Shown here one piece after another: positions 40,238 through 49,458 of a stretch of DNA of 64,000 nt. The translations under genes and the position numbers were made by a program. Positions within the stretch are counted from its first letter, which is position 1. The number at the start of each line of letters is the position of its first letter. This DNA is from a virus. Lineage: Duplodnaviria; Caudoviricetes. The stretch is from IMG/VR virus record IMGVR_UViG_2588253758_000006, one strand, 5' to 3'. The notes below the pieces were generated by a model. That model was not told the origin of the DNA. It searched no databases and saw only the letters and a list, made by a program, of their open reading frames with translations.

Positions 40238-42298
40238 TTATATTACACCTATCATCAAATAAGTTGAGTTTGACGGATCGTTAATAACTATCTCTTTCTC
40301 ACGCATAAAACGGATATAGCTCTTGGCGGTACGCTCCTTGACATCGAGTGCCGTTTGGAGTTCGGCGCACAAATCGTTGTAGGTGAGGTGTGAGCGACGT
40401 TTGAAAATATCACGAGCAACAGAGAAGAGTTCGTTCTCTTTGCGTTGCTCTTTGTCCTCTTTGGTCTTTTCGCCTGCATACAGGTGCATTGCTGCCACTT
40501 TATCCCACGCAAACTGTATCATCGGAACGTCGAGTGGACTACCGTCTCGCACCTTGAGAGCCTTGATGACCGACACCGACGGGTCGTCATCACGCTCAAT
40601 GGAGAGTATCGCTGCCGCTTTGCGTTGCAACTCCGAGCCGAGATGCCCACGGAGCTTCATTCCGTTGGGGATAAAGTGGAGAACACAGATGATACAAGCA
40701 TTGTAAATTCCCGCCAGACGGTATAACTCCTCGACAATGGCGATACTCTCACCCTCGTCATTCGCACCTCGTATCAGGTCAGCAATACCGTCGATAACCA
40801 CAAGGTGAATACCGCCGTAGTAGTGGTAAAACCTATCCATACTCTCGACAATGGATTGCAGTCGCACGTTTCTCGACATCCCTGTCAGCGAATATGCCTT
40901 GTAGGTTTCGGGCATCCTTTCGAGTTTGGAACGTCGTAGGATGTTTACGCTGTTCTTATAGAGTTGCACTTCTGACTGTTCGGTGTCGTACAGCAGAATA
41001 GCTCTGTTATTTACATTCGGTGCGATTGTTATACCGAGCGTATCTATTTCATTTTCGAGACAATTCAACGAGCCCGAAATTAGCGCACCAACAAAGTTGC
41101 TCTTACCCGTACCTTCGCCCCCTGTTACGCAAAGCAAATTACCCTGCGTGCCAAGTGGGACATCATTTACAGAGACAACCATTTGTGCCTGCGGAGGTGG
41201 TGAGTCAAAATTCACTTCACAAGATTTTAAAATGGATATTGTATTGCTATATATAGCATCTAAAAGGTCAAGAAACAAAGCCTTGAAATCCTCTATGCTG
41301 TTTCCGAGTCGGAAATAGTCTGAAATATCTTTCGCCTGTTTTGTGCCGGGCAGTGGCAATAATAGACGCTTGACGCTAAATTCAGATAGTTGTTGTTGGC
41401 TCTTGAGCGAACTCGACAAGCCTGTTTTATCAACATCGTATAGAATAACGATATGCTTAAACATAAACGACAACTTTCGGATAATAGAGGGCTGAATCTG
41501 TGCCGTCTCGCTATTGAAACAGATAGCGTGAAACCCACGAGCCGAGAGTGTCATCACATCTTTCTCTCCGCCTGTAATGTAGAGAACATCTCCTTTTGCC
41601 GGCAATTGCTCCAATCCGAAGCAGTAATTTTCGGGGAGGTCGCCTCCATACAGAAATCGCATTTCAGAGAATGGTCTGTATATCTTGATGAAATTGGGAT
41701 GCTCATAGCCAAATACGGGTTCGGCAGCCAATGACTCAATACGATACGGTTTACCCTGTCTGTTTTGCGACTCAAAACAAGATAGCGACACTACACGAAA
41801 ACGCTTCAATGTCTCTTTGTTAATCCCATAAGAGAGCCAGTAATCTAACTCCGCTGCCGAAAATGGCTTCGAGTGTGCATAGTATGGCAGAGCATCTACC
41901 TCGGCATTGGGTTCGGTCTGCACCTCAATTCTTTGGGGTAATGGTTGAGACTTGGGAGTGGAAGCAGAGTTCCTATTATCGTGCTCATCTTCAATACCCA
42001 AAAATAAATCGTGATTGATTGTGCGAAGTATCTCGATGAAATCTTTTGGAATCGTGCAGTCATACCCTTTGATTTTTCCGACGATATAGAAACAGTCGCC
42101 CGAATAGTCATCGTTGCCAAAATCTTTCATACGATACGCCCCGGACTTACGATCCAAATAGATATTGCACGACGGGTTTATATCGTCATAGAGCGGATTA
42201 CGAAAATTGCGTTTCACTTTCCAATCGCCCTGTATGTAGTGCCGAAATACATTCAACCCACTACACGTTGCCTCTAATATTGCTTCTCTACTTAGCAT
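40238..42298 (-). CDS. Toprim primase-AAA helicase fusion
   Basis: ITGGEKD and YDVDKTG Toprim motifs, KDISDY; GGEGTGKS Walker A, VVIDGIAD, RGHLGSEL. Confidence 0.9.
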   Translation of the reverse strand: MLSREAILEATCSGLNVFRHYIQGDWKVKRNFRNPLYDDINPSCNIYLDRKSGAYRMKDFGNDDYSGDCFYIVGKIKGYDCTIPKDFIEILRTINHDLFLGIEDEHDNRNSASTPKSQPLPQRIEVQTEPNAEVDALPYYAHSKPFSAAELDYWLSYGINKETLKRFRVVSLSCFESQNRQGKPYRIESLAAEPVFGYEHPNFIKIYRPFSEMRFLYGGDLPENYCFGLEQLPAKGDVLYITGGEKDVMTLSARGFHAICFNSETAQIQPSIIRKLSFMFKHIVILYDVDKTGLSSSLKSQQQLSEFSVKRLLLPLPGTKQAKDISDYFRLGNSIEDFKALFLDLLDAIYSNTISILKSCEVNFDSPPPQAQMVVSVNDVPLGTQGNLLCVTGGEGTGKSNFVGALISGSLNCLENEIDTLGITIAPNVNNRAILLYDTEQSEVQLYKNSVNILRRSKLERMPETYKAYSLTGMSRNVRLQSIVESMDRFYHYYGGIHLVVIDGIADLIRGANDEGESIAIVEELYRLAGIYNACIICVLHFIPNGMKLRGHLGSELQRKAAAILSIERDDDPSVSVIKALKVRDGSPLDVPMIQFAWDKVAAMHLYAGEKTKEDKEQRKENELFSVARDIFKRRSHLTYNDLCAELQTALDVKERTAKSYIRFMREKEIVINDPSNSTYLMIGVI

Positions 42299-42620
42299 CG
42301 TTGATATAGTTTTGGTAGAAATCGTTGATATACTTCGGATCGCACTTGATGATTTTGTTCTTCAATACCCGATAGACTTGACTTGGGAAATATCGTGGCT
42401 TATCCCCCAGAAATGTATGAGGAATTAAATTCTTCTTGCGATAACGGTATAGGGTTTTAGCTGATACGTGCAGAATATTGCACATCTCAAAGGTGTCGAG
42501 CCACGGTTCATCCTCGCTCGGCGGAGCTTGATCCTCGAATCGTTTGATAAATTGATATATTTTATCAACCTTCTTGTTTAGCTCTTCAAATTGTTGGCGG
42601 TCAATAGTAATTTCATCCAT
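42288..42620 (-). CDS. HTH_17 excisionase-like protein
   Basis: WLDTFEMCNILHVSAKTLYRYR motif; start MDEITID at 42620. Confidence 0.85.
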   Translation of the reverse strand: MDEITIDRQQFEELNKKVDKIYQFIKRFEDQAPPSEDEPWLDTFEMCNILHVSAKTLYRYRKKNLIPHTFLGDKPRYFPSQVYRVLKNKIIKCDPKYINDFYQNYINDAK

Positions 42621-42665
42621 CTCTGCTATTTTTGATGCAAAGATGCAGCACCATAAAAGCACAAA

Positions 42666-42691
42666 TACGCAACTTGCTAGCAAGTTGCGTA
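42666..42691. promoter_or_regulatory. Perfect 26-bp palindrome upstream of the xis-primase operon
   Basis: TACGCAACTTGCT|AGCAAGTTGCGTA. Confidence 0.5.
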
Positions 42692-43077
42692 AATTGATTA
42701 TTTTCGTTGCGTAGTATTTTCGTCGAGCTCTTTCAACCTCATCGAAAGTGCATCAACCATTTGTCGGAGGTAGTATATTCGAGAGTGCGGTTTGTTGGGG
42801 TCGTCATATCTGTTCAGGATATCGTTGAATAATCCTGTATGGTTTCTTAGATTGACATTGAGTGCGTCCCCCATAAATATTATAAACTCATTTTTCTTCA
42901 CCTTGCCTCGGTTGATGCTTCGTAGCAAGAGAACACTTTGAAGTATCTCAATGAGATCTGATTTACTATCCGTCCACGTAAAATCAGATTTTAGCTTTTT
43001 GTCTGGGGGAGACTTTTCACCAATGGTTTTAATTGAAGCTGCCGATGGGAATTTTGTTTTTGTCTCCAAAATACCTA

Positions 43078-44280
43078 GTGTTATGTTAATTTTGATATGG
43101 CGTAAATTATTTTTATCTTTGTGATAAATATAGCCTACAATGATTCGTTACACTATCAAATTATCGGCAGCGGAGGTTGCCGAGCTTCAGACAATAATAA
43201 AAAAGGGAAGCCATAGTGCTCATTCTTTTCGTGTTGCTCATATTTTATTGAGTTGCGACAAGGGAGAATTTTCTGACAATAAAGGGATTACCAATGAGAG
43301 TATTTGTAAGGTTTTGAAGATTGGAGCAAGGACAATCGACAGAGTTAAGAAACGATTTGTCGAAGAAGGCTTTGAGGAGGTACTCGAACGTCGCCCTTCG
43401 GGTCAGCTCTATCAGAAAAAAGTAGATGGTGATTTAGAAGCCAAGATAGTAGCATTGTGTTGTAGCGAACCGCCAGCAGGATTTTCCAAATGGTCTTTGC
43501 GAATGCTTTCTAATAAAGTTGTTGAATTGCAGTATGTTGATTACATTTCACACGTTAGTGTGTCTAATGTATTAAAAAAAACGAACTTAAGCCTTGGAAA
43601 GTAAAGGGGTGGGTGATTCCGCCTGAGCAGAGTGCTAATTTTGTGGCTAATATGGAGCGAGTGTTGGATGTTTATAAGCAGCCCTATAATGAAGAGTATC
43701 CGGTTGTTTGTATGGACGAGTCGCCAAAGCAGCTAATTGAAGAAGTTGCATCAATTCCAATGAAACCGGGGCAGGATGCAAGAGTAGATTATGAATACAT
43801 TAGGCACGGAACGGTAAATATATTCATTGCCAATGAACCCCTTACAGGTAGGAGAATAGTGGATGTTACGGATTTTAAGACAAAAGCAGATTGGGCAAAA
43901 TTCATCAAGAAAATATCTGATGAATATCCCACTGCCAAGAAGATAAAATTGGTTATGGATAACTTCAAAACTCACGATGGTTCTGCTTTTTATGAGATTT
44001 TTCCACCTGAGCAGGCAAAGGAGTTATGGGATAGATTTGAGTTTATTTTAACTCCCAAGCACGGCAGTTGGTTGAATATGGCAGAGATAGAGTTACACGT
44101 GCTCAATGGTCAGTGTTTGAATAGGCATATTCCTACCAAAGAAAAAGTTATCGCTGAGGTAGAAGCGTGGCAAAACCATCGAAATAACGCAAACTTGAAA
44201 ATTAACTGGCAATTTACAAATGAAGATGCAAGAATAAAACTCAAAAAATTATATCCGTCAATTCAAAATTAATATAACAC
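43078..44280 (+). mobile_element. IS630-family element
   Basis: IRs GTGTTATGTTAATTTTGA / GTGTTATATTAATTTTGA; TA duplication within a CTAG target. Confidence 0.92.
43140..44272 (+). CDS. IS630 transposase (two ORFs, -1 frameshift at A8C 43574-43582)
   Basis: HTH ORF plus VCMDE, LVMDN, TPKHGSWLNMAEIE; fusion reads LKKNELKPW. Confidence 0.92.
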
Positions 44281-44781
44281 TAGCTCCATATCCAAAAAAT
44301 CGAGCAAGTACTCCATTGAACCCATTATCTGGAGTTCAAATTCTACTGCATCTTTTGTTTTGAAGTGGTTTCGGAGCAGATTTTTCACTTGCAATCTGAA
44401 ATAGCCTAAACTCCGCAGCCCATCCAGATCGGTTTGCCATTTGTCACTAAACTCTTCGAGCATATGAACACACTCGCATTGCAACTCAATGAACGCTTTG
44501 TAATCACTGATTTTCGTCTCAATGGTTTCAGTTAGTTTGTCTACAAACTGGTCAATGGTCTTTTTTTTTCCATAAAACTTTTGCTGTATTTAATTATTTA
44601 ACTTTTTTGATTCATCGCCCCCATTTTGCTATGAGTCAATGTTATCGAATACAAAGTTAATAAATGAAGCAAAAACAGTAAAATGTTGTTAATGGTTTTT
44701 TTCGTCGTATCTATGAATATTTTGGTAGTGTTGCGAATTAGCTGAATTATGTTTATCTTTGAGGTATAAAACTCGGAGAAA

Positions 44782-45057
44782 ATGAGACACGTAAAAGTAG
44801 TTAGCTGCCCATTTTGCGGTAGCGAAGATTTACAGAAGAATGGACATAGCCCCAATGGCACTCAAAGGTGGAAATGTAAGACTTGCGGGAAGTTTTTTCA
44901 GCTATCTTTTAAGAACAAAGGGCGCCTGCCAGACGTAAAAAGGACGATAATCACAATGATCACCAATGGGAGTGGAATACGTGATACAGCAAGAGTTTTA
45001 GGGATAAGTCCTCACACGGTAATAGGTGAGGTTAAAAAAAACTCCAAGCGAAATTAA
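44782..45057 (+). CDS. insA: IS1 InsA (zinc ribbon + HTH)
   Basis: CPFCGS...QRWKCKTC, GIRDTARVLGIS; A8C frameshift site at 45034-45042. Confidence 0.9.
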   Translation: MRHVKVVSCPFCGSEDLQKNGHSPNGTQRWKCKTCGKFFQLSFKNKGRLPDVKRTIITMITNGSGIRDTARVLGISPHTVIGEVKKNSKRN

Positions 45058-45517
45058 CCCCTATTTATTAGACAAGGTTGAGGCAGGCTTACTCAGGGAG
45101 CTTGATGTTGAAATAGCTTATAATGTTGAAATGGACGAATTTTGGAGTTTTGTAGGCAACAAGAAAAATCGTCGTTGGACTTGGTACGCCATCGACCGCA
45201 GCAGCGGATTAGTAGTAGCTTGGCAGAACGGCAAGCGTGATAACGAAACCTGTAAAAAGTTGCTTGATAAAATGAAATGTTTCCCAATAAATAGGTATTT
45301 TACTGATGATTGGGAGTCTTATTCAAGTCTGTTACCTGCGGGCAAACACGTTATCAGTAAGGCTTACACTTGGAAAATTGAGCGATTGAATTTAACATTT
45401 AGAACGCACCTGAAAAGGCTTTGCCGAAAGACAATTTGTTTCTCAAAAAGCGAGCAAGTGCACGACAAACTGATAGGAATATACATCGAAAACAACCTCT
45501 ACCAAAGAACACCATAA
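45026..45517 (+). CDS. insB: IS1 InsB (DDE domain)
   Basis: EMDEFWSFVG, FTDDWESY, IERLNLTFR, TICFSK motifs. Confidence 0.9.
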   Translation: MRLKKTPSEINPYLLDKVEAGLLRELDVEIAYNVEMDEFWSFVGNKKNRRWTWYAIDRSSGLVVAWQNGKRDNETCKKLLDKMKCFPINRYFTDDWESYSSLLPAGKHVISKAYTWKIERLNLTFRTHLKRLCRKTICFSKSEQVHDKLIGIYIENNLYQRTP

Positions 45518-45675
45518 ATATACCAATTCAGCTAATTTGAAACACTACCAATATTTTTATATCGAAAGGAATAAAAGATGCAACTATCATTTGCACAATA
45601 AAGCTTTTCATTGAAAATAATTTTCATTTTGAAGGTATATTGAGTCTTGTGCTGTACGGTGAAAACCGTCACTTT

Positions 45676-46497
45676 TTACGCAAATTTGACCATATCAGCC
45701 AACTGCACGAAATAGTCATTTGACCAAATTTCTAATGCTTTGCGGTCTTTGATAAACGGCTCTACATCTCGTTTGACTACCTTTATATCTGCCGTGAGTA
45801 GTTTTTCTTTGAGCTGCACCATAAAATCCTCACGGCTCATCTCCACGCCATTGAACTGACGTATTCGCTCTTGCAAATGGTTAAAATCAAGAGCAATACC
45901 CTTTTTTACATACCACTCGAAGTCGTACCAATCACGCCCCTTTATTCGGTTTTTCCACGCTCTGAAAACCAATGCGTGCATCTTACCAGCATAGAGGTCG
46001 GGGAGTGTAAAACATCGTGTCATAAACGAAAATGGATAGAGCAACAGTTTTTGCTCGGTGCTAAATTCGAGAGGAGGATTGACATCCACCTCAATTTTTA
46101 TCTTGATACTCTTTTGGTTCGGCAAGGCGACATCATACGTCTGAGTGTCGTTTTTCAAGAAAGCAGACTCAATGTTTGAGAAGTTTTTTTTATCCTTTTT
46201 GGTTATCTCAACCTGTTTCCCAGCGGCTTTGAACTCCTCGATAATTGCCGGGAAATAATCCTCCAGATAAAAACTCTCGTTATTTGCGACAAGCGAAAAA
46301 TCCAAATCTTCCGAGAAACGCTCCAAAGAGTGAAATATCCTCAAACAGGTGCCGCCATAGAAGGCTGCCTTGTCAAAGAAGCCACCACGATAAAGCCCTG
46401 CCAGCGTAATCTCCTGCATCACTTCGTATGTTGCGTTTTGCAGGTCGTTATCCGTTAGAATCTGATAACGAGACAACATTTGGTCAAATATATTCAT
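45676..46497 (-). CDS. abiEii: AbiEii-family nucleotidyltransferase toxin (type IV TA)
   Basis: FYGGTCLRIFH..RFSEDLDF, KIKIEVD, KGRDWYD motifs. Confidence 0.92.
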   Translation of the reverse strand: MNIFDQMLSRYQILTDNDLQNATYEVMQEITLAGLYRGGFFDKAAFYGGTCLRIFHSLERFSEDLDFSLVANNESFYLEDYFPAIIEEFKAAGKQVEITKKDKKNFSNIESAFLKNDTQTYDVALPNQKSIKIKIEVDVNPPLEFSTEQKLLLYPFSFMTRCFTLPDLYAGKMHALVFRAWKNRIKGRDWYDFEWYVKKGIALDFNHLQERIRQFNGVEMSREDFMVQLKEKLLTADIKVVKRDVEPFIKDRKALEIWSNDYFVQLADMVKFA

Positions 46498-46498
46498 C

Positions 46499-47116
46499 TT
46501 ACAGTAGTTTTAGTAGGTTGTTAATCTCATTTTTCTTTCTGCCATTCTCGGCACACTCTCTCAGTATTTCGACATCCATCTTGTAGAACCCGTCCATATC
46601 TAAACGCAAATCCTCTTCTAAAAACAATCGGAGCGACTTCACAAAACGAGGGCGTAATTTTGGCGTATAGGCAATTAGGTCGCACAACGCTTTTTCGGGC
46701 GATGCCATCAAGAACGAGCATTTATCATTGCTTTCAAGATTAATCCCTGTCGAATAATAATTCGGTTCGCAAAGCGTATAATCAAATCGACCTATTGCGT
46801 TCTCAAAACTTCTGGAACGCTTAGTGGTCATCGACTTTACTACATATACACTTTCGGGAATAAGCCCATAGTAACGCAGGGCACTCTCCATCGAGACATA
46901 AGATGGACCATAGATGTGGTTTGCTATCAGCTCACGTTGCAGCAACTCCCCCGACACTTCGGGCGAGAGCACATAAAGCCCACGTTTGAGACGCAGGATT
47001 TGCCCCTGCTTTTCAAGACTGGCTATCTTATGACGTGGTGCACTGTAATCGGATAAAAACGACTCCAAAACAGCGTAATCCACCGGAATGGCTCCAAGTT
47101 GAGATAAGTTTTTCAT
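46499..47116 (-). CDS. abiEi: AbiEi-family antitoxin
   Basis: LRLKRGLY, PSYVSMESALRYYGLIPE, ASPEKALCD; directly upstream of abiEii. Confidence 0.9.
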   Translation of the reverse strand: MKNLSQLGAIPVDYAVLESFLSDYSAPRHKIASLEKQGQILRLKRGLYVLSPEVSGELLQRELIANHIYGPSYVSMESALRYYGLIPESVYVVKSMTTKRSRSFENAIGRFDYTLCEPNYYSTGINLESNDKCSFLMASPEKALCDLIAYTPKLRPRFVKSLRLFLEEDLRLDMDGFYKMDVEILRECAENGRKKNEINNLLKLL

Positions 47117-47222
47117 ATAATCACTATTTATACTATGCAAATATAGTCATTATTTACATAGTTATTCCGTTTTATCTTCATTTTCTATGCAAATTATGAC
47201 GTTTTTGTTTTAGGATAGCTTT

Positions 47223-47274
47223 TTAGTGCAAGGTGCAGGGCTACATATATATGTAGCCCTGCACCTTGCACTAA
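47223..47274. repeat. Perfect 52-bp palindrome
   Basis: TTAGTGCAAGGTGCAGGGCTACATAT|ATATGTAGCCCTGCACCTTGCACTAA. Confidence 0.95.
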
Positions 47275-47473
47275 GCTCGAAAAGATTATTGCTCTGATAT
47301 TTGGTAGATTGAATTGTAATGATTACTTTTGAACCCAAGAGCTATTTACTCCGCCTTGGACAGAAAGTGGACAAAGAATGACACTAAAAATCGTTACAAA
47401 TTCGTTACAGAACACTCAAAGACGAATGTGTAACATATTGATAATACGTTGGTTGAGGTGCAAGGTTCACAGA

Positions 47474-47486
47474 CCTCTCTCTCCGC
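47474..47486 (+). other. att core, tRNA-Ser 3'-end fragment CCTCTCTCTCCGC
   Basis: CCTC-TCTCTCC-G acceptor pattern; one mismatch to the NBU2 core CCTGTCTCTCCGC as recalled; flanked by the direct repeats TCGTTACA x2 and TACACCAAAA x2. Confidence 0.7.
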
Positions 47487-47582
47487 AAACAACACTGAAA
47501 ATCAGCAAGTTGTATGGGTTACACCAAAATCTACACCAAAAAGTGGATTTTGGTGTTTTCTTTTTGAAGCCCCCGAATGTTT

Positions 47583-48284
47583 TTATTCATAATGTGATCT
47601 ACATCTATGAATTATTCCTTTCCCTTGATTTAGAGAATAAGTGACCCTATCAACATGATTAATTCTTTTAGACGCAACCCCATTTTGATGCCTAAGCACC
47701 TCTGTTTGCCCCAGTCCTCCTGTAAACGGGTTTGCCTTAATGTCATCTATTAATTCAATTACCCTGCTAAGTATTGTTTTATCTGAGTTCTGCCAATATT
47801 CTATATCCTCCAATGCACTCGCCTCGAAAGTATATTCAGTATATAAATTTCTTACACACATCTTAATATGCTGCTTATCTCCGTTTATGAGAGTTTTTTT
47901 ATAAAATACATTCTTAGCTCTCGTGCATAATTCACAATTTGTTATTTGTCTTAGTGGATCAATATCACTTGAAGATGAAAAATCAACACCCATAAATCCA
48001 ACATTTTCCAATGGATAATATTTCTCAAACTCAGTATCGTTTACTATGTCGATTTCGTTAGGAGAGCATTGTTCAATATATTTTAATACGCTGTTCACCT
48101 CCGAATATTCAGCACTTAGAAGTTCAAGATATAATGGATTTAGATATATAGATTCGTGTTTTAGGATAGTATCATATTTGTCATTTTTTGATGATGCGTA
48201 ATTCAATTTTTCCAGTCCATTTTTATATATTGCAAAATCGGCAACTAATAAAGATGTAGTATGCAAAAAATATTTTTTATTCAT
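47583..48284 (-). CDS. Txe/YoeB-domain toxin with ~150-aa N-terminal extension (NsnC position)
   Basis: C-terminal EDIEYWQNSDK...IDDIKANPFTGGLGQTEVL...SKRINHVDRVTY...CRSHYE aligns by eye with YoeB. Confidence 0.85.
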   Translation of the reverse strand: MNKKYFLHTTSLLVADFAIYKNGLEKLNYASSKNDKYDTILKHESIYLNPLYLELLSAEYSEVNSVLKYIEQCSPNEIDIVNDTEFEKYYPLENVGFMGVDFSSSSDIDPLRQITNCELCTRAKNVFYKKTLINGDKQHIKMCVRNLYTEYTFEASALEDIEYWQNSDKTILSRVIELIDDIKANPFTGGLGQTEVLRHQNGVASKRINHVDRVTYSLNQGKGIIHRCRSHYE

Positions 48285-49458
48285 TGTGTCTTAATCTAAA
48301 TAGTTCGGCAAAGTCAATTTGTGTTTGGTCAAAGAAACCTTTTGGCCAATTCGTTAGCTCTCCTTTCTTGGTAATAGATATTTCTTCAATCTTCGGCTGA
48401 GGGAATTCTGAACTTGTATCTCGCTCGCTAAAGTGGTTTATTGAAACAAGTTCATTGTTTATTTTGCCTTGAGCCGTAGCAATTTGGATACCATTAATTA
48501 CGTGATCACTGTGTGTCTCGACAATTACTTTAACCCCTGATTGTGCAATTCTCGCTAAAAATTGCCCGATTCTTGATTGAGCAGAAGGATGTAGATGTGC
48601 TTCAGGATTTTCAACAATCATAATAGTCCCTTTTCTAGCAATTAACCCTGTAACAACAATAGGTAAAACATAACTAATACCGAAACCGATATTTGTTGCT
48701 ATAACTTTTTTTCCATTTGTGTAAGAATTCCCAACCAATATCTGTGCTGTCTGTGTTTGCATATCTTGCCTTGCATCAATGGTTATTCCTGGCATTAAAT
48801 ATTGCATCCAGTCCTGTGTCTGCTTCAATAGCTGTTTGTTTGTATCATTAATATCAAATAATCTTTCATTTTCAACCAATATCTCTGTTTTTAGTTCATT
48901 CTTAAAGCCGTATTCATCGAGAATTTGAGCTGTATATTCACCCTGCCATCCAACATTAGGATAATCGTGAGATTTCACTTTTTGTGCAATGCGTGGTCCT
49001 ATTCTTTCTGCATTTAAGTAATACCATTCCTTTTCAAAAAGCGGTAATGTTCTGTAATCTCCTTGTTGGTTTCTGTTTTTTTCGTCTCCAATCTTAATCC
49101 ACAGTAGTGATCTACTGTCATCTAAAGGATATGATAAACGAAACATATTGTTCTTCTCGACCATTTCAAGTTGAAGCTCGCTTTTCAATCCAACATTAGT
49201 AGGAGTAATATCGTTTGATCTACCTAATGAGAGGCAATAAGAATGATTTAACTCAATGTTTAAGTTGTAATCAATTGATCCTGAATATTTATCAACTAAC
49301 CATTTTGCATTATGCTCAATCGTCGCGCGGAATAATAATAATGCTTGAATTACAGAGCTTTTGCCATAGCCGTTTGCTCCAGCCAATAATGTAAGTCCAT
49401 TAATGTTAATTGATGCATTATAAAAGCATTTAAAATTCTTTATATTAAATTTTATCAT
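48277..49458 (-). CDS. ABC-type ATPase with DUF3696 (Menshen NsnB-like)
   Basis: IKNFKCF, GANGYGKSS, NIGFGISY, IVENPEAHLHP, VETHSDH, WPKGFFDQ. Confidence 0.9.
   Translation of the reverse strand: MIKFNIKNFKCFYNASININGLTLLAGANGYGKSSVIQALLLFRATIEHNAKWLVDKYSGSIDYNLNIELNHSYCLSLGRSNDITPTNVGLKSELQLEMVEKNNMFRLSYPLDDSRSLLWIKIGDEKNRNQQGDYRTLPLFEKEWYYLNAERIGPRIAQKVKSHDYPNVGWQGEYTAQILDEYGFKNELKTEILVENERLFDINDTNKQLLKQTQDWMQYLMPGITIDARQDMQTQTAQILVGNSYTNGKKVIATNIGFGISYVLPIVVTGLIARKGTIMIVENPEAHLHPSAQSRIGQFLARIAQSGVKVIVETHSDHVINGIQIATAQGKINNELVSINHFSERDTSSEFPQPKIEEISITKKGELTNWPKGFFDQTQIDFAELFRLRHNE

Larger units (their letters stand above)
42698..44573 (-). pseudogene. rteC: RteC-family regulator split by IS630 and frameshifted at an A9 run
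   Basis: FTWTDSKSDLIE...SINRG...ALNVNL...YYLRQM C-terminus; rejoins in frame as DMEL|GILETK. Confidence 0.75.
44724..45549 (+). mobile_element. IS1-family element
   Basis: IRs GGTAGTGTT..AATTAGCTGAATT; 8-bp TSD AATATTTT. Confidence 0.95.

Noticed and set aside
43140-45517. Split IS630 and IS1 transposases as pseudogenes
   Set aside because: A8C slippery sites at the overlaps are the normal programmed frameshifts of these families
47378-47644. 88-aa plus-strand ORF
   Set aside because: Spans the att junction and arm repeats, and overlaps the toxin gene end
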